This document shows positions 45,270 to 52,865 of a stretch of 53,305 nt of DNA, piece after piece (position 1 is the stretch's first letter; the number at the start of each line of letters is the position of its first letter). The notes under the pieces were generated by a model, which was not told where the DNA came from, did no database searches, and was given only the letters and a program-made list of their open reading frames with translations. Made by a program: the position numbers and the translations under genes. Source of the stretch: Puniceicoccales bacterium (GTDB taxonomy: Bacteria > Verrucomicrobiota > Verrucomicrobiia > Opitutales > JAIRLM01); NCBI GenBank assembly GCA_031282685.1, contig JAITDG010000050.1:1-53305 (forward strand). The letters are read 5' to 3'.

Positions 45270-46059
45270 GGACAGCTTCCCCCAGGCGGAGAATTTTTCT
45301 AGTGAGCGACACGTTGTGGACGCGAAAGTGGCGCAGGCCGTCCCGATAGGCGCCGTAGGTGGCGGCGGCGCCGAGGCAGTCCCGATTTTTGGGATGTGGT
45401 TCGCCGGCGACGGTGCCCAGGAAAGACTTTCGCGAGAGGGCAAAGAGCACTGCGCAGTCCGGGAAGGCGGACGAGAGCTGCGGCAAGTGCTGCAAAATGC
45501 GCAGATTTTGCTCCAACGGCTTGTGAAAGCCCTCTCCAAAGCCCGGATCTAGAATTACGCGCTCCGGGCCGATGCCGGCCGCCCGAGCAATGGCAATGGA
45601 CTGTCCCCAGAGCTTTTGGATATCTTCCAAAATATCTCCGGTCCGTAGTGCTTCTGGCCGCCAGTGCATGGCCACGACCCTTGCGCCGTGGCGGGCCACC
45701 ACTTCCGCCATGGCTCCACCGTCCCGCAGTCCATGGATGTCGTTGGCGATGTTTGCTCCGGCGGCGAGGGCCCGATCCACGATTTCCGGCCGGTAGCTGT
45801 CGATGGAGATGGGCACCCCGCAGCGGCTCCGGAGGGCTCCGATCACGGGCAGAACTCGGGCCAGCTCCTCCTCCACGGTGACCGGGGCCGCGCCGGCCCG
45901 ACTGGATGCGCCTCCCACATCCAGCACGTCGGCACCGTCGGCAACGAGCTCTAGGCCGCGCCGGACGAAATCTTCCGCAGCGGCGGTGGGGTCGCCGTCC
46001 GAGAAGGAATCGGGGGTGCAGTTTAAAATCCCCCAGATGTAAAAGCGGTCGGTGGCCAT
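45256..46059 (-). CDS. folP: Dihydropteroate synthase
   Basis: 'GILNCTPDSFSDG', 'LDVGGASSRAGA', 'ISIDSY' and 'ANDI'. Confidence 0.9.
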   Translation of the reverse strand: MATDRFYIWGILNCTPDSFSDGDPTAAAEDFVRRGLELVADGADVLDVGGASSRAGAAPVTVEEELARVLPVIGALRSRCGVPISIDSYRPEIVDRALAAGANIANDIHGLRDGGAMAEVVARHGARVVAMHWRPEALRTGDILEDIQKLWGQSIAIARAAGIGPERVILDPGFGEGFHKPLEQNLRILQHLPQLSSAFPDCAVLFALSRKSFLGTVAGEPHPKNRDCLGAAATYGAYRDGLRHFRVHNVSLTRKILRLGEAVHGAR

Positions 46060-46068
46060 CGCTTTAGG

Positions 46069-46587
46069 CTAGAAGGGCCAGTGCGGTGCCTCGCCGCAGC
46101 GGTGGCAGGTGCTGGTGAGAATTCCCGGCGAGCGAACCCCCCGCAGCGCCATGCAACTATGTTCCGCTTCTACTCGGACGGCCACCGCCCGGGGCCGCAA
46201 TTTTTTGTAGACCGTCCGGGCCAGGCGAACGGTCAAATGCTCCTGCAGCTGTACCTTTTTTGACAACTGTCCAACCAGCCGAACCAGCTTACTGAGCCCA
46301 GCGACCCGGTCTTCGGCGGGCCAGTAGGCGATGGAAACTGTGCCGGCGAAGGGCAGCAGATGATGCTCGCAGAAAGAGCCGAACGCTATGCGGTCCAGGC
46401 GGATCCATCCATCGTAGCCCATGGCCGGGAAAGTTTCGCCGAGCGGGTCGCCCTCCTCTTCCGCAGCGGCGCCGATTTCCCGGAACGCGGCCAGTGCCCG
46501 GCCGGGCGTTGGAACCAACCCCGGCCGCTCCGGATCCTCACCGAGGTCCCGAAGCAAACTCCGCAGCGCGCTTTCCCCGTCATTCAC
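46069..46587 (-). CDS. folE: GTP cyclohydrolase I (FolE type I)
   Basis: 'FGSFCEHHLLPFAGTVSIAY', 'GLSKLVRLV' and 'EAEHSCMALRGV'. Confidence 0.88.
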   Translation of the reverse strand: MNDGESALRSLLRDLGEDPERPGLVPTPGRALAAFREIGAAAEEEGDPLGETFPAMGYDGWIRLDRIAFGSFCEHHLLPFAGTVSIAYWPAEDRVAGLSKLVRLVGQLSKKVQLQEHLTVRLARTVYKKLRPRAVAVRVEAEHSCMALRGVRSPGILTSTCHRCGEAPHWPF

Positions 46588-46655
46588 GGGATCCTCAAAG
46601 CGCAGCGGCGGCCGGCGGGCAAGAAAATCTCATCGATCGGAGGCCAAGGCACGCA

Positions 46656-48368
46656 CTAGGGAGTAACTACGTGGGCCGAAAGATTCCGCATGACATTTCG
46701 CCTCTTCGCCTTTTTTTCCTGCTCGAGGCGGGCACTTTCCGCTCGAGTTTCCAAATTATCGCCGGCCAAAAGAAGGGACCTGGCCAGCACCTCAATTTGA
46801 AGCTCATCCTCCTGCATCGTGTCTATGGAGGCGCGGAACCAGGGATGAGTCCTCTTCGCCGTCCCGTCGGCGGCCACTTCCCCCCTGGCCATCTGCAAAT
46901 ACCCGTCGGAATCCCGAAAGAAGAGCACGGTGACTTCGACGTCGTAAATTCCATTTCTCACACTTCCCGCCTTGACAACGCCGACCGAAAATTTAACGGA
47001 CCTCCAATACACTGGGACTGCTAGGGTCTGGACACTGGAACTAACAGGGTCGAAATCGCTGTTTTCTATCGTAAAGTACCCCCATCCCCCCTTGCCGGGG
47101 CACGGCTGTCTGTATTCGAACAAACTGGAATCACGAGGCTGTTTTTCCTTGACTTTTCTCGGCGTTGTTCCTTTTGGGGTAAAGGATTTGAGATCTCCAG
47201 TCACTAGACTTAAATCTTTGTCTTCAATTAAAACAACTTTTTCTCCATTGAAGCATTTAAAAGAAACGTTGCCGTTGCCGATTTTTACCGTTTTTCCCTG
47301 CACGATAGTTTCGACATCACTCTCGATTTCCTTTTCCCATTCACTGAGGCTTTTTTCGTACTCTTCCTTCTTTTGGGGTGAAATCCCTCCGCCGGCCGGG
47401 AGGACGAAGGGAGCGATCGAGAAAGTGGGAAAAAGCTTCTCCTTGGCCTCGTGGCGGCAGATATCCCGCCGTTGCCGATCGAAAAGCGTCCGAACTCGCC
47501 GCTGCATTTCCTCCGCCGATCGAATTTTTTCCTGGGGATCCGGATCCCACCAGTGGAAATACGCGTCCAAAACCCCGCAGTAGTACGGAGGTAGATTCGC
47601 GAACGGGTTTTCTGCCTCTCCAAACTCATCGTCGAAGCGGCCCAGCACTCCGTTCCCGACCTCAAAAACGAGCCCGAGCACTTCATAGAGATACTTAACG
47701 AGTGCGATGTCCAAAGTGCCACTGTTTTGCAGGTCAAAAACCGTAAGCATTATCCGATTCACGAGCCCCATGGTGTGGGCAAGCTCGCACTCACCTAAAC
47801 CGACACGTTTCTGTGCAAATTCCTTGAGTATACCTACAAAAAAATTATTTCCTAAATCAAATGTCTGCTCATCGTTGGAATCTAGGCGGACGGCATGCAG
47901 AAAATCCTCGACCATTTTTTTCATTTTTTGGACCCCGTCGGAGAGCTGCAGCTTGCCCCAGTCGTAGCCCTGCAGCCGCTCTTTTGCGATCATTATGCGC
48001 CGCAGGTAAACCTGCGCAGTTATGAGGACGGACGGGAACGGAATTGGATCCTTTCTTGCCCGGAGGCGATTGAGCGCAAAAATATTGACGCCAAGGAAGG
48101 TAATTCCGGCGAATTGTACGCTGCCGAGGGCGAAGGAAAAAACCCAAATTAGGGTCCCTCCTATGGCGGGGATGGCTCCCAGAAAGGGGACAAAGAAACT
48201 CAGGGCGAAGGACGCAGTCACGCTAAACAGCGCTATGGCGCTCCAGCGGCCGATGCTTGTTTTGCAAATTTCACACAACATCCCCCCAACGGTCTCTTCC
48301 GTTGCGAACTTTCGAAGATGTTCATTAAGATTTTCTAGAGAAATTGTCGATGCCGTCGCGCTACACAT
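46656..48368 (-). CDS. Hypothetical membrane protein with an Inc-like (bilobed) hydrophobic domain near the N-terminus; candidate T3SS inclusion-membrane-type effector
   Basis: Residues 42-99, 'WSAIALFSVTASFALSFFVPFLGAIPAIGGTLIWVFSFALGSVQFAGITFLGVNIFAL' (nt 48072-48245), are followed by ~470 hydrophilic residues with no recognised motif. The segment is AT-shifted. Confidence 0.75.
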   Translation of the reverse strand: MCSATASTISLENLNEHLRKFATEETVGGMLCEICKTSIGRWSAIALFSVTASFALSFFVPFLGAIPAIGGTLIWVFSFALGSVQFAGITFLGVNIFALNRLRARKDPIPFPSVLITAQVYLRRIMIAKERLQGYDWGKLQLSDGVQKMKKMVEDFLHAVRLDSNDEQTFDLGNNFFVGILKEFAQKRVGLGECELAHTMGLVNRIMLTVFDLQNSGTLDIALVKYLYEVLGLVFEVGNGVLGRFDDEFGEAENPFANLPPYYCGVLDAYFHWWDPDPQEKIRSAEEMQRRVRTLFDRQRRDICRHEAKEKLFPTFSIAPFVLPAGGGISPQKKEEYEKSLSEWEKEIESDVETIVQGKTVKIGNGNVSFKCFNGEKVVLIEDKDLSLVTGDLKSFTPKGTTPRKVKEKQPRDSSLFEYRQPCPGKGGWGYFTIENSDFDPVSSSVQTLAVPVYWRSVKFSVGVVKAGSVRNGIYDVEVTVLFFRDSDGYLQMARGEVAADGTAKRTHPWFRASIDTMQEDELQIEVLARSLLLAGDNLETRAESARLEQEKKAKRRNVMRNLSAHVVTP

Positions 48369-48721
48369 GCTAAACTCGGTCTTCTAACAAACGGAAAAGC
48401 CGAATTTGTCAAAGAGAAAGCACCAGACACCCTATAAAAAAATTGCAAATAAAGGAGATTTGTGTCGCTTGATTGGCTAATGATTTAGAGATTTCAACAG
48501 CTATGCTAGTGACGGCGAGTGGTCTATTTGCCTACTGCGTGTGAAACATAGAATTATTCTCTTTCACTAATTCGAACTCTCATTTAGATTTGTACGCGAA
48601 CTTATACGGAAATACATTTCGACGTTTTTGGAGTGTTCTTCGACTAGTTGGAATGGGCCATTCCAATGAAATTTGAGCAGTTGAAGCCCCCGACGGGGCT
48701 GAGCGCCCCTGGAATCGAATT

Positions 48722-49486
48722 TTAGAGGTCGGACGAACCGTCGAAGAGATCCGGCCGCTCTTCGCGGACTGCCCGCCAAGCCTCTCCATAGCTTTCGCCG
48801 GCCTTCGCCATCCGCTCATTCACGAGCGTGAGCAATTGCCGACCGGCGCTGGAGCAGTGATTGAACCGGCCGTTCTTCCTTAGGTGCAAATCGGCGGAAT
48901 AGACGGGGCGTGGGTCCAGCAGTCCGCCGCCGCGGTCCGCCTGGACCGCGGCAGGATCCGGAATTTCCTCTTCCCTAGGCATTTCCGCCGGAAAATAGTC
49001 GCCGTTGGCAATGGCTTCCAGGGCCATGTTGGGGCTGTTGGTGAGCCCGACCGACAGGAGGACCCTTGGGTGGAGCCGGTCACCGTCCCGCCGTTCCATT
49101 TCCCAGCGGGGCGAGAGAAATTTGTAGTGGGCGCCCTCCAGCAGCTGGCGGCCGGCCGGCGACCAGCGGACCCGAATCCAGAGGCCGTTCTCCCGGGCAT
49201 CCAGGCGCTGAACCCAGCCGTAGGCCCGCGTATCGCTGTGCCCCACCTGGCCGCGAAATTCGCTGTCGTCCGGATGTCCCACGTAGACCGGCACGCCCCG
49301 GAACCGGCGGGCGAGCCGAGCCCAGAGGGAGTGGAAGCGGTCCGCCATGGCCACTGCCCCCTCCCGGTCCACCACCTGTACGCCGAGCCGATGGGCGTAC
49401 TCGCCGTAGTCCACTAATTTGAGCCACTCCCAGCGGCGCTCTCCTTCGAAGGCATTTTCCCCTCCCTCTTCGGCACTAGTTTTCAT
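48722..49486 (-). CDS. Mu-like prophage protein I (gpI protease/scaffold family)-like protein; isolated phage-derived gene
   Basis: 'WEWLKL', 'VPVYVGHPDD', 'AYGWVQRLDARENGLWIRVRWSPAGRQLLEGAHYKFLSPRW' and 'SVGLTNSPNM' match my recollection of the family pattern ('AAGWI..LE.R.DGLW..V.WT..A...I....YRYLSP.F', 'ALTN.P'). Confidence 0.55.
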   Translation of the reverse strand: MKTSAEEGGENAFEGERRWEWLKLVDYGEYAHRLGVQVVDREGAVAMADRFHSLWARLARRFRGVPVYVGHPDDSEFRGQVGHSDTRAYGWVQRLDARENGLWIRVRWSPAGRQLLEGAHYKFLSPRWEMERRDGDRLHPRVLLSVGLTNSPNMALEAIANGDYFPAEMPREEEIPDPAAVQADRGGGLLDPRPVYSADLHLRKNGRFNHCSSAGRQLLTLVNERMAKAGESYGEAWRAVREERPDLFDGSSDL

Positions 49487-49690
49487 AAAAAATCTCTCCC
49501 AAAAGGCCCAGCCCACTGCCCCTCTGCGGCAGATCCGGCCGACGTACCCGTACGGCCATCGGCTTTGTCCCAAAACCGAGGATCGCATAGGATAGAAATT
49601 AATTTTGCTGAAAATTTACTGAATTTGCGGGCCGCACATCACCCCGTTTGTTCCGTTGGAACGGTCCGATCCGTTGCCCCGACTGCGGTC

Positions 49691-50839
49691 CTAGGGACCC
49701 GCAATCCACTCGGCCGGCAGGAGACCGTGGCAGGCCATGCGGGCCCGCAGCTCCTCCGCGATGGCGGCAAAGTCATTGCCCCCGTTGAACATTTGCACTA
49801 GTTTCGCGACGATCAGGGGAACCTTGGCCTCGTCCTGGATGAATTCCGGGTAGCACTCGTAGCCCAAAAGAATGCTGGCAATGCCGATCCGGGGGATGCG
49901 CAGGAGTCGGCGTCCCATCCAGTAGGTGAGCGGGTGAGTTCGATAGACGATGGCGCCCGGGATGCCGGCGAAGGCACAGCGGAGGGACATGGACCCGGCG
50001 CCGACGAGGACGAGCCGGGCACCGACGGAATTTTTCTGCGCCTCCTCGGAGGAAAGTAGTCGGATCCGTGCCGTGAGGGACGCTCCTCCGGCGACAATTT
50101 GGTCAACGAGCAGCTGGCGGATTTCCTCCGTGGGGTAGATGCAGGTGATCGAGGGCAGCCGGTCTAGCGCAGGATCGGCCGCGCAGGAGAGCATCGTGGG
50201 GAAAATGCGGCGAACGGCGTCCCGACGACTGCCGGGGAGGAGCAAAAATGTGCCGTCCTCGGCGTAGTGGACGGGACTCCGGCTCCGCAGGAAAGGGTGG
50301 CCTACGCAGACGGTGGGCAGTCCCGTTTCGGCGAAGATGGCCCGTTCGAAGGGGAAAAGGACGGCGAGGGAGTCCACGGAGCGGGCGAGGACAAATCGGC
50401 GCTCCGGCTTCCAGGCCCAGACCTGCGGGGCCACATAGTAGTAGAGGGAAACGGTCCCTCCCCCCCGGCGAGAGATGGCCCGCGCGAGAAGTTCCTTGGC
50501 AATGCGGAGATTGAGGGCGGGGGAGTCGATGAGGCAGACCCGGCGGGGGCGGACGGCGGCGATCCAGCGGACAATTTCTCGCAAAAAATGCAGAAAAAAA
50601 GGCAAGTGCGCCAAAACGTCCCAGATGCCCATGGCGGCGTGGTCGACCAGATTATAGAGGAAATTGGGCGTCTCCCGGGCCATGTTCTGGCCGCCGATCC
50701 CGCAAATTCGCTCGGCGGGGCGCAGGCGTCGGCAGTCGCGGATCAGCTCTGCCCCCAGCTCATCGCCAGAGCACTCCGCGGCGATCACTAGTAAATCCAC
50801 CGAGCCCACTTCCGCATCTGGAAGTCGCAATTTTCCCAT
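49691..50839 (-). CDS. lpxB: Lipid-A-disaccharide synthase
   Basis: It is colinear with E. coli LpxB: 'LLVIAAECSGDELGAELI', 'YYVAPQVWAWKPER', 'LLPGSR' and 'GSMSLRCAFAGIPGAIVYR'. Confidence 0.88.
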   Translation of the reverse strand: MGKLRLPDAEVGSVDLLVIAAECSGDELGAELIRDCRRLRPAERICGIGGQNMARETPNFLYNLVDHAAMGIWDVLAHLPFFLHFLREIVRWIAAVRPRRVCLIDSPALNLRIAKELLARAISRRGGGTVSLYYYVAPQVWAWKPERRFVLARSVDSLAVLFPFERAIFAETGLPTVCVGHPFLRSRSPVHYAEDGTFLLLPGSRRDAVRRIFPTMLSCAADPALDRLPSITCIYPTEEIRQLLVDQIVAGGASLTARIRLLSSEEAQKNSVGARLVLVGAGSMSLRCAFAGIPGAIVYRTHPLTYWMGRRLLRIPRIGIASILLGYECYPEFIQDEAKVPLIVAKLVQMFNGGNDFAAIAEELRARMACHGLLPAEWIAGP

Positions 50840-50948
50840 GGGAAAATCCTAGGACCGCCGCCGGTCCCGTCAACGCTCTCGGTGCCGTTTGGGCTCTCCG
50901 CGCCGCATTCACGCGGCGCGGAGAGCCCGCCAGCTCCCATTCGCACTT

Positions 50949-52865
50949 TCAAAATTCGTATTTCCCTTTTAAGGACGCACTTATGCTTTTTTCCGAATCC
51001 GCAGAGCCCTGCAAGGCCAGATCTACGGCGACGGTTGGCCTAGGTCGGAAGGACAGGCCAAGTTCGCCGGCCGTACGCCCGCCTCTTAGGGAAGGTCGCG
51101 GAATTTCCTGCCCACCGACCGTGCCCTTGGCCGTCCCGGCCAGCTCTCGTTCGTAGTAGGCTCCGAACCAAGGAGCTAACTTCCAATCGGACGGGTAGGC
51201 GAGTCGGCCACCCAGCCGGACCCGATGGGAATCGATGGACCGGAAGGAAACCTCGCCGTTTGGAATTTTTTTGCGATTCAGGTGGGACCAGGAGTACTTG
51301 CCGTAGAATCCGATGGAATATTTGTGCCGATTCTCCCAGTGACCGCCGAAGGCGGTCCGAACGCCGAAGTAGGGAACGGCCCGGGAGAAGGTCAGGCCTG
51401 CGGCAGAACCTTCTCCATCCCATTTATTTTTCAAACTGCCGGCCCGCAGTGCCACTTCCAGACGCGGCTGACCCCAATTGACCTGTTCGGAAGCTATGGC
51501 GCAGAAAACGCCGCCGCCGCAGGCCAAAGCCCGTCCCTTGCCGGTGAGCTCCGTCTCCTTATTCGACTCGTCCTCCGTTCTTGTTTTGGCAAATGCTCCC
51601 TCAAAGAAGGTGCCGTAGGTCAGTGGGCCGATTCCGTCGGCTAGCCCGGCAGCCAGGGATGCGCTCCTCAGCTCGACGGTGGAACCGGTTTTGTGGCGCT
51701 CTCCGCCGGCGCCAGCGCTGCCGAAGACGCTGAGCTCTCCCGGCTGTGGGATCTCTAGCCGGTCTCCGCAGCCGTTCACTAGCGTAGTTCCGGCCAACCA
51801 CCCTTCACTTAGGGCCTTATGGGGCAACTCGACGCCTACCTCCGGGAGGGACTGATTCCCCGAACCGGAAGAACTCCCGCCATTCGAACTGGCTGCGCTG
51901 GAACCGGAATTGCTGGAGCTGGGGGAATTTCCACTGGAGCTAGCCACGCTGGAACTTGAGGAACCTCCGCTGGAACTTCCGCCACTCGAACTGGCTATGT
52001 TCGAACCGGAGCCGCTGGAGCTGGCCGCGCTGGAACTTTCTTCGATTTCCCCCAGGAAGTTGGCCAAAATTCGGTTGGCATTTTTCCAAACGTGAAATTG
52101 GTAGCCGGGCTGCACGCCGGGAATCGTCTCACCTCTGCAGTCCGGGAAGTTTGTCACCTCACAGGTCAACGCTGTGCAATCTAGTAGCAGCACCGACTGG
52201 CCCACAGACAGTCCAGATGCATCATCTGTGCAAGCGTTCACGCCAACATCGATGGTAGCCAGCTGGCCAATGAAAACCGTTCCCCGAGGAATCGAGAGCA
52301 TGGTGCTGCCTTCTGTAACATTTGGCGGTAAAACAAACTGCAATTTTCCCCGCAGGATTGTCGTTCCGGCTCCGATTTCGCTCAGCATGTCCTGTACATA
52401 GGGCATCGACTCCATAGTGGATTCAATTCTGAACGTGCCGTCGTCGAAGGTGTAACGCATAATATTTTGCCCATAGGCGATCCGCAGAGTGGCCGCCTCC
52501 TCCAGCGTAAATTGGCCCCTATTTGCCGGACCGTTTAGAAAATTACTATCGCCGGCGCCGAAGCTGGCTCCGTTCTGCAGCACCATGGTTCCGTAGTGAA
52601 CCTTCGCGCCGCCGGGAGAAGCGGACATGGACTCGAACCAGATGTCCGACCGATAGCGGTTAAAGAGTACCGTGCCCCGGTGCGTCTGCTCCGGGTTGAT
52701 GTCAAAGACGAGGTATTTAAAGTGTTTTCCACTGATGCTCTCTTTATTGCCGCAGATAGGATCGTAGTTCCAAAACGTGCATCCCTCCGCCGCACCAATT
52801 GCGACTCTGCTACTAATTTGGGCACTGTTTATGTCTTCTTCTGCGTCAGCAAAATACAACCGCAC
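50949..52865 (-). CDS. Pmp-family autotransporter, C-terminal portion: passenger remainder, Ser/Gly-rich linker and beta-barrel translocator. It is out of frame with the upstream fragment.
   Basis: The C-terminal ~290 aa show an alternating beta-strand pattern ending '...ASLKGKYEF'. The frame closes upstream at 52875-52877, while the upstream Pmp-repeat ORF stops at 52829. Confidence 0.75.
   Translation of the reverse strand: MRLYFADAEEDINSAQISSRVAIGAAEGCTFWNYDPICGNKESISGKHFKYLVFDINPEQTHRGTVLFNRYRSDIWFESMSASPGGAKVHYGTMVLQNGASFGAGDSNFLNGPANRGQFTLEEAATLRIAYGQNIMRYTFDDGTFRIESTMESMPYVQDMLSEIGAGTTILRGKLQFVLPPNVTEGSTMLSIPRGTVFIGQLATIDVGVNACTDDASGLSVGQSVLLLDCTALTCEVTNFPDCRGETIPGVQPGYQFHVWKNANRILANFLGEIEESSSAASSSGSGSNIASSSGGSSSGGSSSSSVASSSGNSPSSSNSGSSAASSNGGSSSGSGNQSLPEVGVELPHKALSEGWLAGTTLVNGCGDRLEIPQPGELSVFGSAGAGGERHKTGSTVELRSASLAAGLADGIGPLTYGTFFEGAFAKTRTEDESNKETELTGKGRALACGGGVFCAIASEQVNWGQPRLEVALRAGSLKNKWDGEGSAAGLTFSRAVPYFGVRTAFGGHWENRHKYSIGFYGKYSWSHLNRKKIPNGEVSFRSIDSHRVRLGGRLAYPSDWKLAPWFGAYYERELAGTAKGTVGGQEIPRPSLRGGRTAGELGLSFRPRPTVAVDLALQGSADSEKSISASLKGKYEF
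51855..52037 (-). repeat. Low-complexity Ser/Gly-coding tract inside the autotransporter passenger
   Basis: It encodes 'SSSAASSSGSGSNIASSSGGSSSGGSSSSSVASSSGNSPSSSNSGSSAASSNGGSSSGSGN'. The DNA is an imperfect reiteration of GCTGGA/ACTGGA/GGAACC units. Confidence 0.8.

Noticed and set aside
48649-48700. An inverted repeat, TTGGAATGG-G-CCATTCCAA (48649-48667), and a GCCCC-N4-GGGGC hairpin (~48686-48699), downstream of the Mu-I-like gene.
   Set aside because: They may be terminator or operator hairpins, but neither is followed by a U-tract on the relevant strand, and each occurs only once in the window. That is too weak to call a function.
48722-49588. Possibility of an intact prophage around the Mu gpI-like gene.
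   Set aside because: The flanking genes are lpxB and the Inc-like ORF. No terminase, portal, capsid, tail, transposase or repressor genes are visible within 5 kb on either side.
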